Shown here piece after piece: positions 1 to 12,186 of a DNA stretch of 64,000 nt (position 1 is its first letter; every line of letters begins with the position of its first letter). A program made the translations under genes and the position numbers. The DNA lies in the NCBI GenBank assembly GCA_013265495.1, contig MU063123.1, forward strand, positions 4,559,542 through 4,623,541, in the 5' to 3' direction. The notes beneath the pieces are model-generated. The model saw only the letters and a program-made list of their open reading frames with translations, was not told the DNA's origin and ran no database searches. Origin of the DNA: Vicugna vicugna. Taxonomy: Eukaryota.

Positions 1-139
1 GCTGTGTGGCCCAGGTGTGCCACTTAGAGCCTCAGTCTCCTCATTGGTAACAGAGAATCAATATACGACCATGACTTTTCACTGTAATACTGAAAGACTG
101 ATTCCACAGTCAGCTGCCTGGATCACATCCCAGGGACTT

Positions 140-290
140 GCCTTGGGCAAGTCACTTAACCTCTCCAAGCCTTAGTCGCCTCATCGTAAAGATGGAGATG
201 ATAATAAAGTGCCTGCCCCAGAAGTCTTTTGTGAAGATTAAGTGGAGTAATATATTAATGAATCACTTAGCCCAGCTCCTAGTGCCCAAT
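140..290 (+). mobile_element. MIR SINE
   Basis: CCTTGGGCAAGTCACTTAACCTCTCCAAGCCTTAGT...CCTCATCGTAAAGATGGAGATGATAATA, the MIR core. Confidence 0.75.
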
Positions 291-834
291 GTATGATCCA
301 TAGTTGGCCCATGTCATCATGAGGAGATAATTTCTGAGGAGGAGAGGGCAGGGGAGGACTGGGCCACCAAGGCAGAAGAGTCAGGGGGAATCAACAAAGG
401 ATAAACCAGAGGAGAAATCCTCACCCCCATCTGAGCAGGGCCCTGTCAACATTTGCTGAGTGAACGGAGCACAAGAGGGTTGCCAGGCAACCACCAGGGA
501 GGGCCTGGATGTGCAGAGGCCGAGGGGGTGAGGTCTCCCTGCTGGGTAGCCTGCCTGGGCTTCAGGGGGATAAAGCAGCCCATGGGCACAAAGTGGGATC
601 AGCACTGCCTCAGTGGGTGTGGCAGATAGCGCAGCATCAGTGAATCTGGGGTCTGGAAGGGACATCACAGAAACAGCACATCTTGGGTAGGAAAGCAGGT
701 GAGTGCAGAAGAGAAGGGGCCAGGGGACTCAGAAGGGGGTTGAGATGGAGACTCAGGGAGAGGAGGCAGAGGGCCCCAGCAGGCAGAAGCAGCTGGGCTG
801 GGGTGCAGCACAGCAGGGTGGGGCGGGGCCGTAC

Positions 835-995
835 TCGGGTAGTTCCTGCAGCCGCCCGCGGTGGAGCCCCGCCTCCAGTTCCCGTCCATCTTGCTGAGTT
901 TCCACTTCTTATAGGTGTCACTGGTGAGCGTGTCGGGGGTCAGGTTACAGATCTCCAGGCGGGAATAGTGCCTCAGGAAATCGCTGAAAGACATC
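835..995 (-). CDS. CAPN2: CAPN2 exon 9 (161 nt); exon 10 onward lies left of the window
   Basis: tgccag|G ATG TCT TTC...TAC CCG A|gtacgg = [53 protein letters not shown]. Exons 1-9 total 1135 nt in one open frame. Confidence 0.97.
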
Positions 996-1701
996 CTGGC
1001 AAAAGCAGGGACCCGGCACCCGGGTTAGCAGAGGACACGCCGATGAGCCTGGGCCTTTCACCCAAGGCTAGACCAGGAGCCGGTCGAGGCCGGGCAGAGC
1101 AGCTAGGAGACAGCACCTCGCGGCCACGTGGCCACCAGGTTGGCAATTGGAAGGCACCGATTCCAGCCCTGGCGCTGCCACCTTCTAGCTGCATGACTTT
1201 GAGCAAGTTACTCCCTGCAGCTCAGAACTCTCATTTGTAAAGACAGGAGCCATGTGTATCAAGCAAGGCAACAGAAAGGACCTCATCTGGTAAAATGCCA
1301 GCCGTGTACAGACGCAGGGGCTCCCAGAGCGGCACAGACGCACCCGCGTAGGCCCGTCACTGCTCTCTAACGGACTGGGTTCTTGAGGCGTTGGGATGAC
1401 TCTAAGAACGGGTTAGGAGGAAGGCCCTTCTTTCCCTTGTTTTCTTCTGGGATCTGAACATGACTGCCAGGTTCCTCTTAGCCTTCTCTGTGAAGCTGCT
1501 TGGCTTTGAAACCCCATTGTTGAGATAGACAAATCGAAGGGGTTCAAGAACTTTTTCTGTTCAGGGTCTTACAGTGAATTTAAGACAACAGCAAAACCAG
1601 GATCCCACGCCCCTGCACCCTCAACATGATAATCTCACTAATTTTCTAGTAAAGATCACCGGGGCAGACACCTCTTTCCCTGAAGCCTCCAACAACCTTA
1701 C

Positions 1702-1776
1702 CAGAACTCCCCGTCTTCGTGCCGTCTCGTCAGCGTTTCCCTCACCTCCGGGTCGACAGTGTTCCAGTTTGGGCAG
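1702..1776 (-). CDS. CAPN2: CAPN2 exon 8 (75 nt)
   Basis: ttccag|C TGC CCA AAC TGG...TTC TG|gtaagg = CPNWNTVDPEVRETLTRRHEDGEF(W); tail of ORF 1698..1916. Confidence 0.97.
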
Positions 1777-2648
1777 CTGGAAAACCAAGCAATGGGAGAG
1801 GCATTAGAAACTAGTGTAGGGGAGGACTTCTCCCCAAGATGCCCCCAAATCCAGGACTGAGGACACGCTCTCTCATCGGAGGGCCCAGACCCCAGCCAGG
1901 GAGGGAAGCAATGCACCTGTGCCTAAGAGATGCAGGGAGCAAGGTGAGAGGATACGTTATCCTGGAAGACAGTGGCCAGAGAGCCAGGAATGAACACAGC
2001 CCATCAGAGAGACATGGGGCAGCATCAGTGGCCCGGACTGAGATAGGCCTGGCAGCTCTTTAAAGAGCTGATTGAGATCTGCTGGGGGCCCACTCCTCTT
2101 GGTCTCTGCAGCTGACCTGGAGGCCCTGGCTGCTCTCTCTGTCATGGCAGAGGCTGCCTGGGAGTTGGCCACGGAAAGGGTGGAAGGATGTGGGTGCCAG
2201 GCTGTGCAGGAGGATGGAGGACAGGAGCAGAGGAAGACCATGAGAGGAGCCCTAGGAAGACCCATTCAGAAGCCCTGGACATCAACAGAGGGACTTCTCT
2301 CCGGTCTCAGGCACAAAGTTTACACCCTTGGAACAGAAGGAGTGTCCAGGGGAGGAAGGGTGTATTGTTCCCCTGAGGTCCAATAGCAGAGGGACTCTGA
2401 GCGAAGGAAGGGATGAACCATGGGGCGATGAAAGGAAGAGCATCTCAGGAGCCCCGGGTCTGGGAACGGCACCCAGATGGCTGGAGCGCACTGGTTAAGA
2501 GTCTGTAGCAGGGCCACCTGCTCCCACTTGGGGCGGCCTATGCTCTCAGGTTTACTCCTCAGCGCAGCCTCGGTGCCCTCTCTCCTCACTTCCCCGGAGC
2601 CTCCCAGGCAGAGCGCCCCAGCCCAGGCGCCAGCCCCACCCTCCTCAC

Positions 2649-2734
2649 TTGTCGTTCCACTGCCCGGTCCACTCGACCTCTCCCCAGGGGTTCCGGATGC
2701 GGATCAGCTTCTGCAGGCTGCCTCTACTTTCAAC
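2649..2734 (-). CDS. CAPN2: CAPN2 exon 7 (86 nt), contains catalytic Asn286 (codon 2692-2690) and Trp288
   Basis: cttcag|GTT GAA AGT...GAC AA|gtgagg = [28 protein letters not shown](N). Confidence 0.98.
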
Positions 2735-3944
2735 CTGAAGAAGGGGTGGGCGAAGGAGAGGAGGGAGATGCTGAGTTTAAGCCAGGCCTGAAGGTTCTCT
2801 GGTGCAAAGCCCCCTTCTCCATAAGCCGGGGGTGGAGGGTGTCAAATCCATGTTATAAGAGGGATCACCAAAGGGAGAAGCACTTGACCCCAGACTCTCA
2901 AAGCTGCTCAGCTTTGGCAGCTCCCAGGATCTGGGCCTTGGAAGACCGGGGCTCTTTAACCTCTGTCCTAAGCCTGAGGCACAAATGCGCTTGTTCCAGA
3001 CTCTGCATTGGCTCTTTACCTCCGAACCTCAGGTTAACTGACTGTAACAGGATGTGCTTTTGTTATGAAGATAAACACTGGTAACAATAAGCAAATACAG
3101 TGCATGAGTCTCAACTGAATCCTGGACTGGGGAGAGGAGGGAGTGATATAAAGGACATTTGGAGCAACCGGGAAGATGCTAATGTGGACTTCATATTAGA
3201 TCACATTATTGAACTGTTTATTTCTTCAGCATGAAGACAGTACTGGGATTAAGTAAGAGAGTGTCCTTATGGGTAGGAGATAAATGCTGAAGTATTTAGG
3301 AGTGAAGTATCATGACATTTGCAATTTACTTCCAAATTGCTCAGGAAAAAAGACAAAACAGACAAAACAGACGTGGAAAATCTTAAGCACTGCTGAATCT
3401 AGGGAAATAGTAGTTGGATGTTTACTATACTATTCTTTCCACTTTTCTGTAGACTTGAAATTTTTCAGAATAAAAAGATGTATGGGGGGTGTTGAATAAA
3501 ACAAGGATTCAAGGTTAAAAAAAAAAGAACACTGGACATGTCCGAAGACCTGAGGTCTCCTCTGGGTTTTGTAAGTAACAGCGAAAGTAGCTGCTTAATA
3601 ATATTCATAGTAATAATAGTAACAGCAGCGTCAAGGACCTGCCTGCTTGAACAGCGTGTCCGGTGCCGTCTGAGCGCTTTTCATATAGTAACTTGTTTGA
3701 ATCACCATAACAACCTTACAATGGATATTCTTATTGTTTCTAATTTGAATTTGAGGAAACTAAGGGGCAGAGAGGTTAAATAACTGCCCAGGCCACACAG
3801 CTGACAAGAGGAACAGTTAGATTTGAACACTAATTGGTGCACTGTAATGCTTTTGTGAGCTCAAATATGAAAGGATAAAGCACTACACAGATGCAGAGTG
3901 TTGTTCCGCTGTTCCCAGCTGGCCCTGAAGAGTGAGGCAATTCT

Positions 3945-4340
3945 ACAGCCGAGTGGAACAGAGCGCCTGGGGCCGAGCCGGCGGCCAGCAGAGGGCAGTG
4001 TGCGGCGGCGGCTCCGGGAGCGCCGGCCGGTCGCTGGCAATGAACTTCAGGAATGCGGGGCCTGCCGGGGAACATGAGGGCCCCACCCTCGGCAGCTAGG
4101 CAAAAATGTGCTCCCCGGGCCACCGTGTGCAGGAGAGAAAGACCCCTGAAGATGCCTGCCGGGCGTTACCTCCTCGGCTCCGGTGACCGAGTACGCGTGG
4201 CCCTTCACCAGCTTCTGGAACGTGACGGCCTCCGAGTCCGCAGCGCTGGTGATCTGGAAGGGCGGGAAGAATCAGCGGGGCACGCATCCTGCCTCCTCCC
4301 TCCCGCGCTCTCTCGGGTCCTACAGCGGGGCCCTGGCCTG
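3945..4340. promoter_or_regulatory. Intragenic CpG-rich patch over exon 6 and intron 6, with a CTCF consensus at 3985-3998
   Basis: Dense CpGs well outside the coding part of exon 6; CCAGCAGAGGGCAG fits the CTCF core CCASYAGRKGGCRS. Confidence 0.6.
4170..4253 (-). CDS. CAPN2: CAPN2 exon 6 (84 nt), contains catalytic His262 (codon 4199-4197)
   Basis: ttccag|ATC ACC AGC...GAG GAG|gtaacg = [28 protein letters not shown]. Confidence 0.98.
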
Positions 4341-5339
4341 GGTCAGGAGTATGGACGGCGTTCCTGCTGGCACCCGGAGGACCTCCCATAGCTGTTTTCA
4401 GGCGCTCACTGCCCATTTACAATCAGACAAAAGGCTGAAGGCAGCCCTTCAGGAGAGCAGCGCTGGGCTCACGTGTGTGCCGCGCAGACACAAACTTCTC
4501 CAGGAAAGGGCATACCACGGAGAGGGGGCTGCTGGGCACCCAGGCGGCTCAGGACACACCTGGACAGTGTCCAGCGGCCCAGGGCGCTGAGCTCCCTGAA
4601 GCTGGCCCAGCCCAGCTTTGTTAGAACTTCCCCAGTCATTCCTTTCCCCATCTAATCTGATGGAGGTTGTTATTTTTGTCTCAGTAAATGTGTAGAAAGG
4701 GTCTTTTCCTCAACACAGTCTGCAGAGAATATCTGAGATTCCCTGCCTGGAGTCGGACAGAGACTTGGGGTCCAGGAGCCAGACTTAGTAAGTCTGTCCC
4801 CATGGGGACCAGTTCCTGGATAGGACAGGGCTCAGATGTTGGGCCCAACCTTTGCCTGGAGGCTCCTCAGGGATGGGACATCAGGCCCACCTCCCTTCCT
4901 CTGGTGAGATTTGCCTGCAAGGCTAGTATGAGGGGATGGTTCCGTCCCCGGCCTTCTGAAGTCTTCCTACGGGCCCATCAACCCTGCAGCAGCGAAGGGG
5001 AAGGCTGTTGGGCTCCAGGCACAGGCCCTGCCGATGTGACAGAAGATGTCTGGAGCAGAGGCCCTCAGGGACCCTGGGGTCTGGAGTGGGGATTCACAGG
5101 AGGCTGAGGGTTGTAAGTGGGCTGGAGAGGGAAGGGATGGAGTCACCGTCACCCTCCACCTCCACCCCAGATAGCCTGGCTGCTGCCCTGCCACCCCTGG
5201 GTTCCAGATGATGCACAGCACTGTGGGCAAAGGATGGACTAACGGAGTGGGAAACAAGGGCGGCGGGTTCTCAGGCACTGGTGGAGGCTCACTTTCACTG
5301 GAGCAGATGGAGGTTGGGGTCATGGAGGCCTGGACTTAC

Positions 5340-5508
5340 ATCGATGGAGCAGCCAAGGAGAGAGCCCTTCTGCAGAGCCTTCTGGATGATCCTGAACAGG
5401 TTGGGTGGGGCCTTCCTTAACTCATACCACTCAGCGATGCCTCCGGTGAAGTCCTCAAAGCCCTCGGTGGTGGCACCCCCCGAGAGTGCTTCGTAACACC
5501 CATTGATC
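5340..5508 (-). CDS. CAPN2: CAPN2 exon 5 (169 nt)
   Basis: ctgtag|G ATC AAT GGG...ATC GAT|gtaagt = [56 protein letters not shown]; also visible inside ORF 5295..5690. Confidence 0.98.
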
Positions 5509-6629
5509 CTACAGGAAGGAGAAGATGCAGCTGCCACCCCAGCCGGTGCGGACACTTCTGCTTCTGAAAGTGCCCCCCCCTGCCCCATGCCTCCTTCGTT
5601 GGATGCTCCAGGGACCCTCTGCTTAGTTTCTTGGTTTGTCTCCAACTCAGGGAGCCCATGAGGGCAATGGACTGTCCCCACAGTTACCACTGCCCCGGTA
5701 CTTTGTGAAGGTTTTGGAAAATCTCACAGAACCTGAGAGTTGGAAGGACCTGGGTGATTTGTCTGGTCCAACCTCCCATATTGATTCTTTCTACATCCCA
5801 ACAGGAAAGGGGAGGTCTGCTAATTGGCTGTTTGGCATCTATAGCTTAAAAGAAGACAACAGTTCAGTAATGAGAGCAGCTTCCCTGCTGCAGGCACTGT
5901 GTTAGGAGGGGCTGGTCGCTCCTGACACTACTATTTAAGTGTGAGACTTAGAAGTGGCTCTCAGGCCCCCGAGTCTCACAGCTGGGTGTGTGAATCCCGG
6001 CCCTCCTCCCTGGCAGGGGCTGGCAGGGGCTGGCAGGACCAGACATCCTCCTGGTGCCCGAGCTGGTCATTTTCCCAGAGGACACCCAGGCAGCCCGGCC
6101 AGGACAAGGCCCTTCTGGATCAGGGCTGCTATGGGTGTCCTGCTGAGAATGGCAGTGCTGAGCGCAGGACAAGCTCGACTCTAGGCAGCTGGGAGGGCTA
6201 GGGGACACCATTTCTAAGCAGCGACACCACATATTCTGGGCAAGTTTCCATAATTTTCGTATCTCTGCAATGGATAGTTTTGCCCATTGGCAGAAGCTCT
6301 TTGCTGTAGTTAGCTGACAAGAATGTAACATGATCTGCTAAGGACCTGCCAAGGAAGTAAAGTCCTTCTCAAGGCCAGCACGATCAGTACCGTGGCTTGT
6401 TCCTGTGTGTTTGATTAAAAATGGCAAGAGTTGTCATTTATCAGGGCCTAATGGGGCCAGGCACCCTGCATGCAGTATCTCCTTGAATTTAGAACCCAAT
6501 TTTGGCCAAAGTAGTCCTTTTATAGAATAGGACTTCTACTCAAAGTAGTCCTTGAACAGTTCCTGTTTTTCCCCCAGAATCCAGGCCGGCTGGGGGCCAG
6601 CTGCCCAAGGGAAGGGTGTGGGCACTTAC

Positions 6630-6763
6630 TTGGCGTAGGCCTTCTCCAGCAGCGCGCTCCAGAACTCACTCCCCTCGGCCGAGTGCACGAACAGCAGCTC
6701 CCCGTCCTTGGTGGGCAGCCTGTCGTCCACCACCACCTCCACCCACTCGCCGTACTGCCAGAA
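6630..6763 (-). CDS. CAPN2: CAPN2 exon 4 (134 nt)
   Basis: ccgcag|TTC TGG CAG...GCC AA|gtaagt = [44 protein letters not shown](K). Confidence 0.98.
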
Positions 6764-7235
6764 CTGCGGGGCAAGGGCGGGAAAGGGGGGCCTGGAGGAG
6801 GAGCCGGGGGCAGCATGGGGACCCGAGCCTCAGCTGCATCTGGCTCCTTCCTGCCCACGCCCCGTGGCACAGGTTCCACAAGCCCATCCTGGAGGAGGTC
6901 CCCTCCCCCCCCCCCCCCCCGCACAGCACAGAGGCCATGCCTGCCTCTCCAGCACTCCCGCACCTTACGCTTTTTAAAATACTGCTTCTCATTTACCAGC
7001 ATAAAAGGAGAAGAGTGAAAGTACCTTAACATTTTGTCTCAGACCCCAAATAATAAACTGTTTTTTAAACTTGGGAATTACTTCCTGAGTAGTGCTCTGC
7101 CTCCATCCTCCCCACTGCTGTCCTGACAGGGCCCCACATCAGCAGCGGGCCAGGCAGCTCCCTGTATCTCCCAATGTCCTTGGTAGAAGAGCATTGTTCC
7201 TAGCGCTGAGAAGCTTGAGCCAGCCTCTAAGTTAC

Positions 7236-7354
7236 CTGGAAGTGGAAGATCCCCGCATAGTTCTCCTGGAAGCTCTGGTCCAGGGGGACGACTCGAGCCA
7301 GGATTTCCTCATTCAAGGTGAGGGAGGCGATGGCCGCCAGCAGCCAGCAGTCAC
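7236..7354 (-). CDS. CAPN2: CAPN2 exon 3 (119 nt), contains catalytic Cys105 (codon 7349-7347)
   Basis: ccacag|GT GAC TGC TGG...TTC CAG|gtaact = (G)[39 protein letters not shown]; phase matches exon 2. Confidence 0.98.
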
Positions 7355-10300
7355 CTGTGGACACAGCGCCAAGGAGCTCTCATCAGAGGGGTCCCAGTGC
7401 CGGGAGGATGTTACACATCTTATCCCTGCCTCTGGGTGTTTGAAGTCTACCAACACCTCTGGGGGGTGTGTGGACCCCACGCAGGCAGGGACAAGGATGG
7501 GGGCAGTCAGATGGGTGCTGGTTAGGCAGCCTGGCCTTCCCTGAGCCTCGGAGCCCTCCTCTGTGACCCATGGGAAACTGTCAGGTGTAACAAGAGCATG
7601 TGTGTAAAGTGCACACCCATCTCACGTGGTCAGAAGCGAGATGGGCGTGGTCACATTTGCCACAGCAGGAAAGGCCCGACTGATGGGGAGTCTAGGATGA
7701 GGGTGAGGAAGTTTACTCCATCCTTAAGGAATGTACACTTTCCCACAATTTCCCGTGACAATAGTAGTAAACAGCCTTAGATGAGCTTGACTTCCATGGT
7801 TCGGTTTATTTGTATTCATTGGCAGTTCTATCAAAAATGCTATTGAAGTTCACTGCGATCTTTGAATTCTGCAGACTAAAATTAATGTCCTGACAGCTCT
7901 TGGAACTAGACCATCCTGTTAACACTTAGAAATAATAGTCTGTAAATGGCTCTTTGAGGCTTCCGTTCGCTCACCACAACCCTGTGCTAAGTGGAAACAC
8001 ATCCCTCCCTAATCTGCCAGTCAGTAGCCAAAGGAAGTTAAATCCCCTTGCTCCTTCAGTTAGGTGGGGGCTGTGGGTTCACCGTCATTTTCCACTCAGT
8101 GGCCACCTCTTTCCTCCTGGCACCACCAAGGACCCTTGTGAGCAGCCAGCTTCCCAGCCTTCTCAGGCTGCGGGGTTTGGGTGGTGTGGACCCTGCCCCC
8201 AATCCCAGAGGTGGGCCCTGCAGCAATATAGACAGCACGTTCCATGGCATCAGTGATTGGCTTGGAGAACCTGCTGGAACCCAGCCATAGCTGGGGAGGT
8301 GTGAGGACACCTTTCCTGGAGCTTTGGGGAGAGTGGAAGCCCTACCATACTGCATGGATTCTGTGATGATGTACAGTCTGCTGCTGGTAAAATCATCTTG
8401 CTGCTGTGGGAGAGGCAACCTGTCTAAAAGTGGAGGCAACTCAAGAGGAAGAGGGGCTGAGAGCTGGAGAGAAAGAAACTAGGTCCTGGTATCATTGCTG
8501 GAGTCCCTGGTTCAAGCTGTACCTGAAGCCACAACTGCCTTGGACTTTGCAGTTACATGAACTGATCGCTTCCCTATTTCCTTACCCATTAGGGAGGCTA
8601 CAATTTCCTGCCACTTGACTGCTAGGGGAACTTGGGCAATAGCCAACAGCCATTGGAAGGTTTATGAGGCTCTCTGTGCCAGCTAAGAGCTCTTTGTTCT
8701 AAGAGCTGTAAGTTCATTATCTCACTTATTTCTCACAACAGCTTTGTGAGGATGGTGCTCTTACCATCTCCATTCTGAAGCTGAGGATAACAAGGCTTAG
8801 GAAGTTAAATGCATGGCCAACAGTAAAACACTACAAAGAAGAGTTTAAAAGGTGTGGTGTTTCTGTTTGTCAGATCTCAGAGACGACCTTTTCGGGTCAC
8901 GTAGGTCTTTATATAAACCAGAGACTCTTGGACATGTTGAGAATAGGAGCTTGCAGAGAAACTTAGCAGGGAGAGTTTTTAGCTCTGGCCATGGGGAAGG
9001 AGCCAAGGAGCCCCTGACTGGTGAGGACGGGAGTCTATGCAGAGGAGCTTTCCTGGCTGGATTCCACATGCTGCCTGGTAGGAACCAGACAGTCATGAAA
9101 CAGATGACCTTCAGCCCTTCTCTGACCACCCACTGCTCTCTCACTTCCACCGTATCCTACTGTCCATCCTGGAGGGTGATTTCACCAAGTGTCAACTGCT
9201 CCTGGAGTCACAAGATCCTCCTTTTCAATCTATTCCTCTTGCTCCAACTTCACATCTTCTGACTCGAGACCTTCTTTGAGAACCTGGAGATGTCTCTGAT
9301 TCTTATTTTTCTTGAGCTTATTTGAGATTTTCTAGGGATCCTGGAAAACGATTTTGGTCTGTCAACACATGGAGGCAGATATATGGGATAATACGGGCCC
9401 TAGTGTAGGAATTTCAGCGACATTAGTCCTGAAACCAGTTACTCCCACGGTTTCCGTGGCTCTTCCATCAAATCCCTGAGCAACCTCAGGAGAGCTGCTT
9501 GGTCCACCTGACTCCAGAGTGGCCATCTTACCACCCTCCTAGTTCTGTTTCCTTTGGTACCAAGAGTCAATGCTTTTACATTACGCGTGTGTGTAGGCAT
9601 CACACAAATGTGTCTGCAGGGCTGGCCAGTCGCTGTTGTAGTGTTGGATGTCACAGCTGACTGTGCTGCTATTCATGGGACAATGACTGATCGTATGATG
9701 GACTGGTGCCATTTTCTTGTTTTTTTTTTTTTTTTTGTGGGTTAGACATCTAGGTCAGTACTGGCTGCACAGCTGTCTCAGATTACTGCTCACCATCAGA
9801 CCTCTCTTGCCACATCCCAGAAATCAGTGGTTGAGCTTCAGGGCTCCCTGTTTTCTTCCTTCGCGTCCCAGAGGCATGTATCCCGGTCACCCTGGGAGGA
9901 GCAATGTCTCATCTCTCCTAGCCCTTTGGAGAGGACTGATTGCTTTTTTCATCCTCTCCAAGTTAGAGTGGAATCTAACTTGTTTCCTCTGAAAGGATTC
10001 ATAATCCTAGAATCTTTCCTAGATGACAAAACTGCGCCTTTGAGAGATTAAGTTACTTGCTTGAGGTCAAAAGTCTCGGAAAGGGCAGATCAGAGACCAG
10101 AATCTGGACTCTTGACTTCTAGTCTGTGCTCCTTCCACCAGAAGGAATAAAAGAAACAAGTAGCTAACATTTTGTATCACACTTTGCAGTTTACAAAGAA
10201 CACGGTACACACTTTATTTGATCCTTACAGAACTCTTATGAGATGATTACCCTTATTATTATCACCTTTTTTGGATGAAGAACTTGAAGCTCCAGAAGTC

Positions 10301-11046
10301 TGTGTTCTAGACAGTTGGCAAGTTTTGCATGCAAAGCCTCTGAATCCAAATCTTGGGTTTTGTTTAAAAGTCACACTTTGCTAAAGATTCCCTTTGGTTA
10401 AGAGTATTTGATTCCTTTAACTAGGGAAAGGCCCCACTAGGAAGATCCAACTGCAATTCACATTTAAAACTAAGGGGTAACATGCTGGCAATTTCCTGAA
10501 ATCCTATATTGTATCTTAATACCCTAATATCCTTGGCTCAGAATGATTAAAACATGTCACCTATTCAATGCAATGTAATTCCCTAAGGCAGCAGGAGGAT
10601 GGATGGCCTGTCACTGCACAGCAGTGACCCTGGCACTAAGATCACAGCACAGGCAAGAAGAAACAAGAGTTAGATGCATTTCACAGTACTTTTACTGTAA
10701 TCAAAAAAAAAAAAAGTAAGGTTCAAAGTTTTTCATCAGTTCTCCAAATTCTGGAGTTGAGGGAGACAGAGCCATTTAGAAGAACGTCTTGATTTCTAGT
10801 AAGGTGGAAGCATTTGAAATCCTATTTTATATTTCTGATTTCTTAATTCTCTCCCTCTTCCCAGGCAGCAAAATATTTTTAAATAAGTTGAGAAGCTCCC
10901 TTACAGAGTCCATTTTTAAAGTTTATTTAATATTTGCTCATATAAGCTTTCTCAGTAGCAAGACCTGAAAACAGTAGTTACAGTAGATTACACGGATGGA
11001 GACATACTATGTGCCGGCACCCTGTGCTAAAATGCTTTACATGTAT

Positions 11047-11529
11047 TGCAGACAACAAGAGAAAGTTGCTTGCTATTTCAGTAAGCAATGAATGTTGCCC
11101 ACCATCAAGCCATTAGTCACTGCAGTGCCGCACCCCCCCAATCCCAGTACACCCCATCCCATAGCACAACCTCAGGGGAATTCAGGGTGGAGAAAAACAG
11201 GATACTGGCCCTAGACAGTTAAGATACATGTCTAAGAAATAATTTCAATGAGCCCAGACTCTTGCATCTTCCCACACACCGAATGGCACTACGTTAGCTT
11301 GAGATGTCTGTTTTTTCTGATGAGCAGTGATCTTTTGATGTTCAACTACATGTTTTTTTAACTTTTGTTTTTCAGCAAAAACTCCTACAGATCCTGCCCC
11401 TCCCTTACCATTTGGGGACAGTTCCTCAGAGCTACCTGAGAGGCTGTCTCCCAGGCTATCGTCTCAGTAAAGTCCCCGAATAAAACATAACTCTTAGCTT
11501 CTAGGCTGTGCGTTTTCCTTCAGTCAGCA
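11047..11529 (+). mobile_element. Solo ERV1-type LTR (483 bp) splitting a MIR in CAPN2 intron 2
   Basis: TG...CA termini, exact 4-bp TSD GTAT (11043-11046, 11530-11533), AATAAA near the 3' end; shares a 31-bp block (1 mismatch) with the LTR at 36328. Confidence 0.85.
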
Positions 11530-12040
11530 GTATCATGAAGTGATCTCATTTCATCATCACAAAACAGTTCAAGATAGGTGGGTACCGGTACCACCCTCTG
11601 TCACAGGTGAGGGAAGTGAGGCTTGAAGAGTTGGGTAGCTCACCTGAAGGTCCCAGCTAATGAATGGCCATCAGGTCGGTCAGAGCAAAGCACATGCTTT
11701 TAATGTATAATCTGAACAGCCTCCGTTGCAAGTTGGTGTCAATTTCTAATTCACCTGGTTCACAGGACACTATCTTGGGGACTTATGTCCTTGAGAGGTG
11801 ACGCCACTACATTTCAGGATCTGGGCTGCACCGTGTTCTGTCACCAGCTTTCTGCCGGCTCTGCCTGGATGGCCGTGCCTGCACGAGGGTCTTCTCCCCA
11901 CATGGAAACCTGTTCTACGCCCTCATCAATTGTAGAATGCTTCTGTCCCACCCTTCCAGGCTGAGGGTTCAGGTCTACAGTTCTCCCTTCCAAGGTCCGA
12001 ATCAACCCTTCCTAAAATGATTTATGAAAACCTGTCTCCT

Positions 12041-12186
12041 GGGGGAGGGTGTAGCTCAAGTGGTAGAGCAGATGCTTAGTGGGCACTAGGTCCCCAGTAC
12101 CTCCATTAAAAAAAAAACTAATAAATGAATAGACCTAGTAATCTTCCCACAAAAAATAAATAATTGATTTTTAAAAAAAAGAAAAA
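12041..12186 (+). mobile_element. tRNA-Ala(AGC)-derived SINE (Vic-1-like), internally deleted
   Basis: GGGGGAGGGTGTAGCTCAAGTGGTAGAGC head, 3' unique region and A-tail; exact 13-bp TSD GAAAACCTGTCTC at 12026-12038 and 12187-12199. Confidence 0.85.

Noticed and set aside
381-1240. Plus- and minus-strand ORFs around exon 9, including the 109-aa ORF read through to 665
   Set aside because: Homology stops at the GT donor at 834; the remainder is intron read-through or antisense shadow.
6508-6553. 13-bp direct repeat CAAAGTAGTCCTT with a partial inverted copy between
   Set aside because: Too short and imperfect; most simply a small local duplication.
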